64,000 nucleotides of DNA from Saccostrea cucullata (taxonomy: Eukaryota): assembly GCF_032062105.1 (NCBI RefSeq), contig NW_026925910.1:496001-560000 (forward strand), written 5' to 3'. The translations under genes and the position numbers were made by a program. Below the pieces are notes generated by a model, which saw nothing but the letters and a program-made list of their open reading frames with translations, was not told where the DNA came from and ran no database searches. Positions 26,384-39,695 of this stretch are shown piece by piece; within the stretch, counting starts at the first letter, position 1; each line of letters starts with the position of its first letter.

Positions 26384-29300
26384 TTAGTTGGTGCCGGAGG
26401 GTCTACAAATAGAAAATAAATATGTGTTAATCTTATAGCAAAATGCTTAAGAAATAAATAATTTATCAAAATTATCAACAGTTATATATAGATAAAAACT
26501 TCCTGAATTTTCAATGATTAAAGTGAAGCTTAATCAGCATGAAGATGAAATTGTGTATCAGGACACATTTTCTGTATACAGTGAAACATGTAAAAACAGG
26601 GAAAAAGAATGTATCCAGATTTTCTGTACCTGGCTTTTACTACACACAAGATCATAGAGACACAGGTGTGTGAAAACTCCAGGATATTTCCATCGCATTA
26701 ATAATCAAAACGGCAATGAGCCAGAAAGTTCCTATGAGTCATCACCTACTGTAGCCCAATCAAATCCCAGGCTCTTGACTGAATTAAGTCAATTAACTGC
26801 ACTACACTATCGTAAGGTGCTTGCATACTTTAAAATATCATTGTCATCAGCATGCTGTTTTTGATGTAAAGATTTTTAAAAATCTCTCCTGCATATTCTC
26901 ATGTGTTAAACTGTTGCTTTTGCTTTTTTTTGTTGCCTCAACTGCCCCCCCCCCCCCCCCCAAAATTGGATTATACTAGAATTTGAATCTACAAGACTTT
27001 ATAGAATGCTTGCAAAATATACATTATCATGCCCATCCTCTCTTTTTTTTTTTAGAAAAAATTCCCTACATATTTTCATGTAAAATTTTTGTGCCCCACC
27101 CTACTCTGGGCCCCAGGCTATATTAAACTTGAATCTACATTATCTGAAGACAGTAGCATATTAATACATGTAACACCTTGTTCGAACTGAAATGGTATAT
27201 TCCCCAATCTCTGATCTCTCATTTTGGCCCCAGACACCCTGCCGAGATGATCTGAACAAATTGGGACTCTACTTACAGAGCTGCTAACATTCTGAAATGA
27301 AAAATAGTAAGGCGTGGTCCGGCGACCGCCTAGGCCCCCTACCGCTGAAGATGTTTTGTAAATGGACATGCAATCGGAGTAATTTGAAGCACATTTCCAT
27401 TTTGTTTACTTTAAAACACTGACATGAATGTGATCGGCCATCTTAAAAAACAACGATACAAGCAAGAGTTGTAAAGATTATGACTATATTTCATTATAAT
27501 AGTAGAATCTGTAGATGGCCAGCTATGAAAATTCCGGTGTTATAAACTTTGATCCAGAAAAATTGAAATCAAAAGAATAGTGAGAGAAATCGTAAGGCGT
27601 ATTTTGGATGCTAATTTCGGAAGACTTATGCCAAAATCATAAGGGTTGGCAGCTCTGTACTTAAAGGAGGCTTGCAGCAGATTTTCAAACACTTTACCCA
27701 AGGGTAAAAATGCCTGCACTAAATAGACTAATCCTGTAAAACTCACTTGGCCCACTCCACATTGAGGATGAGGTGATCATAGCCAAAGCCTGACACACCA
27801 GCTATAGCCCGGGCAGCATCTTCTCTTCTGTGGAAGTTAATGAATGCAAATCCCTGTAAAAAATTAAACTAATGTCAGCATTCTGAGCCATATGATAAAA
27901 CCAAAATTAAAGACACCAACAGTAGAGTTCAAAAGTGAATCATTTTGCTCAATTAATTAAACTGTTATACATCTTATCACAGAGTACTCAATACAGTCAT
28001 ACACAAAAACTGTTACCTTTGACTGGCCTGTATTTTTGTCTTTCGCCAAGTAAATTCTCTGAATGGGTCCAAACGGTCTGAAGAGTTCCTGTAAATCTGA
28101 CTCCCTGGTGTCCTCGGACAGATTCGTAACTCGAATGGTGGCAGACTCGTCTACAGAAGGAAAACAACAATTAAAATCTGTAACTTGAATAGTGGTAAAC
28201 TCATCTACAAAAGGAAAACAGCAAATGTCTATGATAAACATGTGGTCAAAGACTAAAATGAATTGAAAACAATTAGGATTATTTTAAATGCTTTACAAAT
28301 ACAATCTCATTATTTATAATTAAACTATTTAAAATATTTGCAATGTTATAAGGTTACTTGACAATTGTTTTAATCATATGCAGGTAATCATGATAACTGC
28401 AACATACTGTATTTGAACACAATATGAAGTTAACAAAAATCCAAGTTATTGCAAAATTTAAATGAAATAGTATAAACACCAAATAAATAGCATAGAAACA
28501 GTCAACTTATTTGGAACAAAATACTATATGCACTAACACTTGTGCACCTGTACATGCTATCAATTATTAAATGATACCTCAAGGAATCTATACCAGTTAT
28601 CATATTTATGATGTAAAATTCAGACCCAGAGTTTAAATTTGTACCTGCATCCCCCCCCCCATGTTCAAATTGAATTGTTGTTATTTCACACCCTTAAAAG
28701 CATGCAGTATTTGTATTGATATAAATTTGAAACAGCAAGATAAAAAAGTCAGATAAAGATATTTTTAAAAGATAAAAATAAAGTTGTACCTGTTGTGCCT
28801 ATGAAAGAAAAGAATAGTTTGCTATTCATTAATAATTGCATTTTTTTAAAAAATTGATGTTCTTATGATAACATTTTACATTTATAAATCACATAATTTA
28901 TTTACATACTCTCATATGTAGCAGATTTAGTGTATTATCTTAAGTATTTGGAGTAGGGTTTCGTTTGGTTTGATTGGTTGTGAATCTGGCCTAGAAGAAG
29001 TCAAAAATGTGAAAAGCTTTTTAGAGACGACATACAACAGATGCAGGACTTCAATTGATCAGAAAAGGTCACTAATGCTTTTGGCTCAGGTGAGCTTTAA
29101 AGGAAAATAGACAGTTACGAAAAAATCTGCCATTTCAAACCTATGATGGAGGAAAACAGACAATCACAAGAAATGAAGAATAACTAGAGAAACATTAAAG
29201 TAGGTCTACACTCGCACTACGTCATTAACGAATAGTAAAACCGGAACCACGCTTCCTTTTTCCGAGATGTGATTTTTTAACTATATTGGTTTGACTTTTA

Positions 29301-32300
29301 CTTAGCGTTTTAAATAGTGTTGGCAACGAGTACCCGGTTAACCGGTTAACCGTCGAACGTTGCGAGTATCGGTTAGTAAAACTGCTATTCGGCGGATAAA
29401 ATACATTTTTCATAGTTAATAGGTATAAAATGATTTTTATGCTATTTGTAAATGTTTATTGACACATTTCCCTCATTTAATTACCGTTAATTACCGTTAG
29501 CTATAGGCTTGCTTTGCTGGTTTACAGTTGGGATCGATTTGTTTTGATTAGTTTTCACAGCGTATATAATTGATGGCTTTGATTACCATGGGGGTACATG
29601 TTTTGAAAACCTGAGTTATAATTACTTCTAAAGTAGACCTGTGATAGTTAGAGGGACTTACTTTCACAAGATGCCGCCGCAAACATCTAAAGCGTGGGTA
29701 TATTAAAAAAAACTGAATCGAAATACGGGTGGAACTACAATATGCTAAATCACCTTAGTTTTAAACATAATTCGGAAACCAGTGACTTGCAGGAAACTCT
29801 ACAAAAACAACCAGCAATAACAAGGTCATGTGTTGATAATTTTTTTAAACAAGACGAGACGAGACGAAACGAGACGAAAACAAACTGACTGTTTCAAGTG
29901 ACATTTATATTCAATAGTGTTCGAAGATGCTGTGTTTTTAAAGTTTGTATTTGTAAATAAATTATAATTCATATACGTAGCATATGTGGATTATTTTTAC
30001 CAATAAGTAAAAGGATGAGGTAAGTAATAAATACGGAAACTATTGCAAAAAATCATCCGAGTAACCGGGTACTCGATCGGAAGAATAAGCGAGTAACCGG
30101 TTAGTAAAAATCGTCCGATTTGCCAACACTAGTTTTAAATATCTGGTAACGATTTTGCTCCAAGTCGCTCGCGTCAACAAACGTACAAACACTGATTGTA
30201 CAGTTTAATTAATTGAAAAGAGAAGGCTGGGAACAACTTTCGGTTGACAGAAATAATTAGGTAAGAAAATGATATTTCTGTGAATAATGCATGAGTTATA
30301 TGCCGTGTCAATAACACGGACCATCAGAACATGTTTCAAACTGTCGAAGTCGAGGCGACTATTGTCGGCGGCCAAGTTAAAGTTACTAGTGATAATTCGG
30401 AAGAAAAGTAATGACTACGATTTGACTTAGACAATTTATGAATTTTACTAATTAAACATTACAAAATTAAATTTACTTTGAATAATAATTATTGTATAAG
30501 ATGCATACCCCCCCCCCCCCCCAACCTGCTTACCCATGAATCACAATGCGAAAATTATCTTTTGAATATAAGTTTATGACAAAAGTTGATTCACTTGCAT
30601 ACTTACTTTCTGTAACAAAATTATCCAGTTTGTTAGAATCAGTCAATAACTTTCATTTTCATTGTCTCCAATTTACAGACAAGTGTGTTTTAATCTTTTT
30701 TAAAGCGTAAAATAAGATAAATTTTAGGGACAATAGGTATTGGGTGTGTATAATTATTGTTTTAAATATGTACAACTTTGTTAATACAAATATACGTGTC
30801 ACTCAAACATGAACAGTATTACAGGAAAATGTGGCAATATATTACTTCTGGAAGAAGGATATTAGGGGGGTCCCTTTAGTGTAGAGCTCATACTACGAAA
30901 AGTAATGTGTCAACATATAATTTTTTTTAGCTTATTCTTTTTCTTAAATATCATTTAGTAAAAATAATGCAAATTTACGAAGTTTGAGTCCATAATTTTT
31001 TTTTAATGGCCGAGATTGAACTGTGAAGCATATTTTCTCATATTAAATTTTGATACGTTAGCCTAACAAAGTGCATCTATTTATAATAATTCATGCAAAA
31101 CAATGATTATATATTGTTTACTAACATTTTTCTACTTTATTTTGGGTATTAAAGTTGAATAATTAGACTTTAATTCATTTATATACAACAAAATCTAGGA
31201 CAGGTAAATTTTCAATATTTTACATTTCGGGGTATATACTCCGATAGGCAATAGCGGAAAAGTTAACACGTTGACATATATTTTTTCTTGCGTCTATCCA
31301 TTGCTCGGATGTATGACTATCTTATGAAAGTAGATTTTTTAAGATTGAGCCCATTTAGTGCCGAGTGTAGAACTACCTTAAGGCATATAACCATAAGCCT
31401 TCTGCCAAAATCATAAGGTTTGGCAGCTCCGTTGAATAACTAAGTTTAAAATCTTTATATTCCTTTATGGTAAAAATGAAAGCCATCTGTCCCAATGACA
31501 CTCTCTGACAAAAATAATGGCAAATAACAACAATGGTATTAGCTCAGTTGAGCTTGTTTTTACTAGGCTAGTAATGATGCACAGTTTACCCCTTTTTGAG
31601 GCCATAGTTTCCCCTGGTCTTTTACCCCCTCCGTCTCTCAGACTTGGAGGAACATATTTTCCCGATGTTTTGGGGGCCGCTGCAGCAGGTGCCTGGCTTT
31701 GTACTGGTCCTCCCGGTGTCTCCCCCACTGGAGGCTTCTCTCCATCCTGAAGCTTCTCCTGTGGTACAGAAAAACCAAAGACTCCCATCAGAAATTCGTT
31801 CTAAATATTTTTGAAGATTCTTCTGCTTCTTTTTTTTCTCTCTTATTTTAGCATTGCATTGGGGTTCCTTACAATTTTGAAACATTACAGTGATAAACAC
31901 AGAAGCATTACCTGAAGAGGTCCCAGTGTATCCTTATACGGACATTTTGTGGTCCAGTGGTCGCCTTTACAGATACGACAGGAGACCAGTTTCTGGCTTT
32001 TCAACTTCAGTAATGGGTCCTCTTCTTGTTCCACTGTCTCCTAAAAAGAAGAAAAATACAATTTGTTTCTTTCAACTGCATTATTTATGTACCTGTGTGT
32101 GAAAATTTCCCCATCAGGGTCGATATGTAGTTTTTCTTTTGTGGTCTCAGACGTTGTGCGTTTATTCCATCTTTTATGTACATATTTTCATGTTTGTTAA
32201 TAATGTATTGTCTTGTATATTTTACTTTCTCCTGATGGGAAAAAGTATGTAAATTCAATAATTTTATTGCGAGCAAGTAATTTCATTGCAATGTAAGATG

Positions 32301-34754
32301 TACAGTGAGACCTCTACGGCCAAATACTTTCAATTGTCAGGAGGCCTGCAGCTCATATAGGGGTTGTAGTGACAGAAGTGATGAAAGAGAAATATGGTGG
32401 ACAATGCCTTTTATAAGCTGTGTTCAGCTGTAAGTCTGTAGATTTACAGATATTAAAGTTATTACATCTGACACTTGATGGATAGACAGACCTGGTGATT
32501 ACTTAATAGCACTTACATTTTAATGAAATTCAGTGACGAATTCACATGATCTAAAATATCATGTTGAAACAGCTAAATATAAGGATATGCTAGACAGGGT
32601 AAAAGTTCATTTACTGACCTCCTTATTATGGACAAATTGCATGTTAATCTCCTCTACTTGTACAATGGTGTTGGCTGGATTGGGTCCAGGGGGATCTCTC
32701 TCTGCTGCCCCAAACTTTCTCCAGGTCTGTAACACAAAAGTTGCCCAATCTTTGAATTTGCTTATTTACATTATAATCAAATAATTTCCATACAACATAA
32801 ATTTACAATTGAGAATATTAGACAAGTTAATGAAGTTTGTGTACAAACATAAAATGAAAATTACCTTTCTTTTTGCAATGCTTTTAGGTACCTTTCGCTT
32901 TTCAACTTTGTATGTTTTAAGAACCTACAAGAGGGGAAAAACTGATTTAAACATACATGGACAGTACAAGTTCATTAAATTATATAGGTTCAATAATACT
33001 GATTTAACAATTAAACAACAAAACTTTTAAATTTGTATCTTCATGCCATCAGATCACAGATACAAAGTAAACAATGCCTGACTCACCTTGACCATTTTGC
33101 CATCATCATTATACTTGAATTCTGTGATTACTTTTATGCCTTTCTCATCATCATACTGCTCTGAAGATGGTGGTAAGACTCCTGTACAAAATGATAAATA
33201 TTATAATCTAGTCCACCAAGAATTCTACCAGACTGAAATCTTGGAATTTCTGTGACAACTCATACTCCATACCTTGTAGCTGCAGAACTGTAGCTCTCCA
33301 AAAAAATATATATTGACAGACCAGAGAGCTACAGTGCCACCCATTGAAAAAATTGTATATTTATGTTTCTCGATTTATTTCTCCAGGTTTTTTTAAAACT
33401 GTCATATCAAAATATTACTATCCTTGAGTTTCTTACATATTCTTTCACTACTTCCACAACAAAACATTCCTTATAATCATTTTTAACGGCCATCCTGGCT
33501 GTTAAATTGAGATCATTGAAAATTTTGCTTATTTATACTGCCATTCATCTTCGCTAGCCAAGGGTTTCTGATACGCTACTCTCCTCATAAACCCTTGGCA
33601 TACGGTGAAGTCAAAAGACGGGATTGTTTTCGTCACGTGATCTTGAATCTATCAGGTACTCACAGATTGCGTCATCGACAGAAATAAAGACGCATGTTTA
33701 AAAAAATTTAAAGTTTTTTCAAGAATAATTTAGAAGCAATAATTGAGTAATGTTTATTTATTATTTATAGTACAAATCGGAAGCTTCAATATAGATTCTT
33801 AATCACATATTTAGAAGATATTGGATGACACCATAGCTATTTATAGAATTGCATGTTATCTTACGGATCGTTGTTTACTTGCGTTTTTCAATTCCGAGGT
33901 TAAAGAGTCAAGAAGTATCCCGAATGCAAATATCGTCATTTACAAAAAACAATTGATGATTGGTCGACAGGTGTGTACTGAAATCCAATCAGAACTCTGG
34001 AAAAAAATCCCGATTTTTATGAACACCGTAGGCCAAGGGTTTATGAGGAGAGTAGCGTATCAGAAACCTTTGGCTAGCGAAGATGACTGCCATTTTGGTT
34101 TGCTAGATAATTTTGGGCCAATGCACTTTGTACAGATGTAAACTATGAAAGTAATAGATAGAGGAGTAAGGACCTTTTTTGAAATATAGCTTTTTTGCAA
34201 TTGAGGTAAGTATTTGGAAGAATTAATCCAGAATCGAGGCAGCACACTTTTTGTGCACAATAAATATACAGTTTTTCCAATGGCTGGCATTGTAGCTCTC
34301 TGGTCTATCAATATACATTTTTTCGGAGAGCTACAGTTCTGCAGCTACATACCCAGTGATTGTGCTAAATTTTAAAGGCGTTAATTTATGCACATGTACA
34401 GTATTCACCGGGCCGGGGAAATTGTTTCCTGGGGGTAGGGGTCACGTAAAGTGTTGGAGATTTTATGAGATTATTTCACTCAAAAAACAATGTATAATTA
34501 AATAAGAAAATCACAAAATTAACCTAGATCTATGTCAAATAATTAAAATGCATATGCCAGATAGCACTGAAAACCGCTCAATATGTTGGCTTACCATCTT
34601 CCACTTGCTCCACCTGTTCTGCCCAACTTATTGGTTTACTGAAATATAAGAAAGATATAACATTAACATAGTGTTTACACTATTCAAAACAAAATAATTA
34701 TGGAGTTTTGGTATGAAAATTGACTAAAAATTCGTACTCGTCAATGGAAGGCAT
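26384..34754 (-). CDS. EIF3G: Eukaryotic translation initiation factor 3 subunit G (10 coding exons)
   Basis: Starts [17 protein letters not shown] (ATG 34754). Approximate exons: 34754-34738, 34638-34595, 33181-33087, 32924-32865, 32726-32619, 32040-31912 (zinc knuckle [15 protein letters not shown]), 31758-31590 ([11 protein letters not shown]), 28150-28017 and 27853-27747 (RRM: [25 protein letters not shown]...GFAFINF...[13 protein letters not shown]), 26402-26384 (PSGTN*). Confidence 0.95.
27276..27657. mobile_element. MITE with 6-bp TSD
   Basis: TACTTA|CAGAGCTGCTAAC ... GTTGGCAGCTCTG|TACTTA. An orphan end of the same family lies at ~31402-31430. Confidence 0.75.
29199..31377. mobile_element. 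Kolobok-like element (TTAA TSD) containing a nested hAT MITE
   Basis: TTAA|AGTAGGTCTACACTCGCACTA ... TAGTGCCGAGTGTAGAACTACC|TTAA. Confidence 0.75.
29315..30131 (+). mobile_element. Nested hAT-family deletion derivative with BED-finger relic
   Basis: TAGTGTTGGCAA...TTGCCAACACTA TIRs with a perfect 8-bp TSD GTTTTAAA. Internal decayed coding sequence [11 protein letters not shown] ... [10 protein letters not shown] resembles a hAT BED zinc finger. Confidence 0.85.
33277..34347. mobile_element. AcademH-like non-autonomous element with a second element nested at 33546-34085
   Basis: Outer TIR TAGCTGCAGAACTGTAGCTCTCC / GGAGAGCTACAGTTCTGCAGCTA with imperfect 9-bp TSD (CATACCTTG / CATACCCAG). Inner ~60-bp TIR CATCTTCGCTAGCCAAGGGTTTCTGATACGC... 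with perfect 9-bp TSD ACTGCCATT. Confidence 0.85.
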
Positions 34755-34977
34755 GCTTGATGATGACTTCCGGGTATAGATTGGTTAAATTGTACGTTGA
34801 TGCATGTTGAGTATTTTCCAAAGATCTATGCCACTAAACAACTTACTTTTGTTTAAAATATACTTTTTACAATTCATATTATTTAAACAAATAAACAAAC
34901 AAATAAATAAATTTATATTTATGACATAAATGATTCTTCCGAAATATTAATCTTTGAGTTATCATTTTTAATGCAAG
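34755..34977. promoter_or_regulatory. Compact bidirectional promoter between EIF3G and C10
   Basis: Only 223 bp separate the divergent ATGs. ETS-like ACTTCCGG (~34766), ATTGG (~34780), and YY1-like AAGATGGC over the C10 start. Confidence 0.7.
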
Positions 34978-37900
34978 ATGGCAGCCCCCATACAACATTT
35001 TTCATTACAGGATTGTAGAAGTATGTGGAAGTTGTGGATTTTATATTTTTAAATGCTGTCCTTTGATGTAACAAACATGATATAACACACATGATATCAG
35101 TTAAGAGATATACACAAATGTCGGCAATAGAACAGATGGGCAATCTTATCTTTGGAACTCCACACATCACATGCAAAGTTGAAAACAATATCTACATTGT
35201 ATTTTTTGTTTCTGTTGTAAACATTTTCCATCACATTGAATAATAGTAACTCAATAATGTCATATAGCAAAGTACAAGGAGTATGGCTGTCAAAAGTATT
35301 TCAGTCATTTACGTTCTCTTAGTCTGAAAAGGCCAGGTAAAATTAATCTTTAGATTCTCATCCTAATTTGCTAAAAAATTGGGACGGGTGGGCGGATTTT
35401 ATTTTTTTATTTTTTCTAATTGTTAAATTATAAGTAACAACAAAACATGGACGCCTTGTACACATTTTTTTCATTATGTTAATGCAAATATGAATAGATT
35501 TAATTCTTTTCATATTCTTTTAAATATTTAAAGAAAATTCTTGCTTTAAAAATTTAATATTTATTGTTAATGAACAAATTATCAAGTACACATTATACGG
35601 CACACCCTGAACAAAATGAGATGGGAATACCAATAAATTGTATATGTGTGACTTCTTATTTTGTAAAATCTATATATTAAATGTTCTAATAATTATTGTA
35701 CTGAAAAATCTAGGCCTTCTCTAAAGTCTGTCTATGATGTTGTTGGGTTTTTTTTTTTCAAAGCAAAACCACACACAGCTGGAGATCGTTATATATAACT
35801 TGACCAGGTGTCAGACCTGTTTACTCTTACGATTTCGCCGTATTTTGTACGGATTTTTAGTCCAAAATACGACTCACGTTTTGCTTTTATGAAAATACGG
35901 AAATAAAAAGTACACTTGTTTAGAATTGGGTAGGAAGTTTTCCTTACGATTTGTCTTAGTTTCACACTTCTTAATCGATAGAAAAAGATTTCAAACACAG
36001 AAGATATGTCGGTTTGCCAAAAAGCTGTGGTATATAATGACCAAGAACACGTTATTAAACCATGTTTTAGTAATCAAAAAGCAATTGTTCTCCATTAATA
36101 TACGTAAAATCGATAGAAAATGAAATCTTACTGGCAAATGCCAAATCTCACGTGCAAATCTAATCAAAAGTACTGAGAGACAACGATTTGGGTAAACAGG
36201 TCTGAGGTGTCATTTTCCTCGTCTATTTTTACTTAGTTACAATCTCTCTAAAAACTTGCTCCTGCCAGTGATGGTATCTAGATGTGTTTTTCTTCTCTGC
36301 CTTCTCTATACTGACAAATTATCTTTTCCTTGTATATTTGCTTTTGTTGCCGATTTTTCTCCATTCTTCACATTGCTCTTTTCATATAAATAGCGACACG
36401 GGTCTTTTAATACAGACGGGAGATAACTCTTAAACTTTGACTTTGCTGAATAAAAATACATGAAAATACCTTATTAACACCCAAAATCAAAATAAAAAAC
36501 ATCGGGGCTGGACACTTTGAGAGGGGTGGGCGGGGATGAGAATCTAAAGATCAATTTTACTGGTATATGGCCAAAATGTGTAGATCAGTAGATGGACGAT
36601 ATGTTATCCAAAATACTGTCACTCTCTTTTACAATGCAATAATCTATACACCTGACACCTTGAGGTCTCAGGTGACCACCCACTTGCTACAAAGAACTAT
36701 TTTTTAATCTATTAACTTTTGAATTTTCAATTTTGGCATATCATGCCCAGTTGCACACCACGCATACCACCTGTCAAAATAATCAATACGATGATTGTCC
36801 TGGGCAGTGCTTGGCAGAACTAGAACAAAACCAAGTACATATGACATGCTTATCATTGTTGTCCTTTTTGTATGTAATTTGTGTCAAAACATTGCTAGTT
36901 GGCCAGAAAAAATGTTTCAGAATCACACTACAATATGTTATGTGCATGATAAATGTTTCAAATTGTCAGATTTTTAACAAGATGCACATGCAATATTCAG
37001 AATTCTGACTGGTAAAATGTTAAGATTTAACTACAGTGTGAAATTGTCATTGAGGGAGCTCAGTGTTCTTAGATTTTGCCAGTCACCATTACTCACAAAA
37101 TTACATCACCACCATTATTATTTTGTCACATATTGATGCATTCAAACTACAAATGTACTTGTAAACAAGTAACTTTTAAAGTGATGTCATCATGGATGCA
37201 TTAAATTTTGCATGCCCACAAATTAAAGTGATTCCACAATATGCAGTTGTGTCCTAATCATTTGTTGTTAAAGTGAATTTACCTTTACATGTCAGTTAAT
37301 ACATGTACATAGAAAGGTAAAATCAAGTTCATGAATGAAAATATTTTTGTGTGTTTATGAGCTAACAAAATACCCAGTATGGGTATCATAGTTTCACCTC
37401 TTATAGACTGAAGTATGAGAAGAAAGAATCTTTTTTCAAACTAAGTTGGAAACTATTCCATTCATGAAAAAAAAATCTTTGGTATTCAAAACTTTCATAT
37501 ATACTTTTTTTTTCATACTGGTATCATTAAAATTGACTGTTTTTCGTTATTTTTCAGATGCTTTAAGTGACATTTTAGATGCCTTCAAAGAGGGAGATAA
37601 CTTTCAGAGATTAGAGGAAGCGAAGGTTGCTGCAGGAAATGATATGCTGCGATGTATGCAGATTGTTTTCCCAGTGGCCACAAACATTCAGATGGAAGTT
37701 ATAGAAAGATATGGGTTCCCAGCGGATGGAGAAGGTATTGGTTCTTGTTTGAACAAGTTCAATTGATTTTTTTACTTCACAGTTGTATTCATCATTTCAT
37801 CGACATTGTTAATTGATACAGTTGTTCCTTATTCTATGTCTGTATACCAGAACATACCAGAACATGTTCATGTAGCATTTACAGATAACTGTTAATCACT

Positions 37901-38553
37901 TCAGTTTTGAGTTATTTGTTTTACATTGATAAGGGAGACAATTAATTTATGTAGCTTTTTTTTGTATTTTAAGGGGAGACAATAATTTTGATTTAGATGT
38001 TTGGTATTTATAAATGAGACAAATTTTTCACAAATTCTGGTTGCTGTTGTACCCGTATATCATCATTAGTGGTAAAAATAAATGCAAGAATTCTCACAAG
38101 ACATTCCTAAGCTTTTAACTTGACTACTGTACAATAAGTGAACAGCAGGATAATTGTAGAGATTATTTGTACTTAACTCCTTCGTTACTTTACTTGTAAT
38201 CTTAAGATCACTGTAAAAAAAAACTATCGATTGAAAAATTATGTCTACATATTAAAAGATTTTATGAAACTTCAACAAGGAAGTCCGCCATAGCACTTTA
38301 AATCAATGAATGAGTATTTACATAATCTATGCTTTCTCTTCCCAGTGAAATAATGCTACTGACAATAATTTTTCTCATGTATGTAAATGGTTATAATTAT
38401 GTTTTATTAGGTATAATCCGATTTACCCAAGCAGTAAAAATGTATGAAAAACAGGATGAGGAGATCCAGCAGCTGAACCATGCCTTGAAAACACTTCTAA
38501 TTCCCACCGTTACAGTTATACCCAGTGGACCAGAACAGCACAATGGCTCATGA
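34978..38553 (+). CDS. C12orf57: Protein C10 (C12orf57/GRCC10 homologue), 3 exons
   Basis: Exons 34978-35020, 37558-37734 and 38411-38553 splice in frame to MAAPIQHFSLQDCRNALSDILDAFKEGDNFQRLEEAKVAAGNDMLRCMQIVFPVATNIQMEVIERYGFPADGEGIIRFTQAVKMYEKQDEEIQQLNHALKTLLIP..., matching the C10 pattern (NDM..MQ.V.PVAT.IQ.EVI..YGF..DGEG). Confidence 0.9.
35331..36572. mobile_element. Non-autonomous DNA transposon in C10 intron 1
   Basis: GGCCAGGTAAAATTAATCTTTAGATTCTCATCC at left and GGATGAGAATCTAAAGATCAATTTTACTGG..GGCC at right. Confidence 0.7.
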
Positions 38554-39695
38554 CCAGCTTCTCACAGAGGCTGTGCCATTAGAAGTGGTGTTCTCAACTT
38601 TTTCATGCCACAATCCCAAAAGATTCCATTGGAACTTGTCTGAACTATTTTTAATACCTTATACATGTACCTATGTATGTACGGTAATTTTATTGTATTA
38701 TTCACCATGTGAACAACATTTTCTGTGAAAAATGCCTATTATACAACATACGCCCCGGTATATATTATATATATTAGGGTAACAAACACCCCAAGGAAAA
38801 CCATTGTCAACCGACATAGCAATTGTAAAGCACCATTTATTTTATTATACTGAATGACAGCAAAAAAAACCGTCGATCGTCTTTACGTTCATGTATAGAA
38901 AGCTTTAAATCACACTCACCGGTTCACTAATCTCCTTATTGTTTGTTTGATACTCGAATTTGAGTCATTTATCATATAAAGTTTCGTTATTTCTGGCTCG
39001 CAAGCATGTTTCCTACACTCGCAAGCATGTATCGTCTGTCGTTTGTTGTTTTCAAGTAAGCTATATCGGACGCAAGCTTTTATTGACGTCAAGTTAATTC
39101 CGGTTCTTTCAAACGCGCAACTGACGTTTTGAGAATTCTACGGTGAACCGTACGCGCATAATTTCCACGCATGCGGCATTACCGTTGTGTTACCCGTTGT
39201 CACGTGTGTTGCTAAGGCTCAGGGTAATCGAACGGATTGTTACCTACGTCTAAACCAATCAGATTTTAGTATTTAACATGAAAGTATAATAATTACAAAT
39301 ATTACATAGCAATTGTAAAGTGACATACATTACATGTATCTGATCCAATGTACATGAATATTTCAATTATGAAGTGAAATGAATTTATACAATGTATTTT
39401 ACCCAATATACTGTCGATCACTTAATTTTCGCGTCACCTTATTTTCGCGAGATAGTCATTGATTATTTATTAGCGAGGCAAAATTTTCACGAATTGTGGT
39501 CATTGCTCTATATAATCTTAAGGAATTCTATTATATGCGAGAATGAAATTTTCGCGAGAATACCGTCTCGCGTAATTGTGCGAAAATAAAGTCCTCGCGA
39601 ATAAAAAGTGATTTAAAGTACATGTTAGATGCTATTTTTAATTGCCATTTCATTGAGATCATTTTGACACAAATACCTGACCAGTACAATTTATA

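Noticed and set aside
27628-31430. Shared 28-nt motif in two EIF3G introns, first suspected as paralogous snoRNAs
   Set aside because: It is the TIR of the MITE at 27276-27657.
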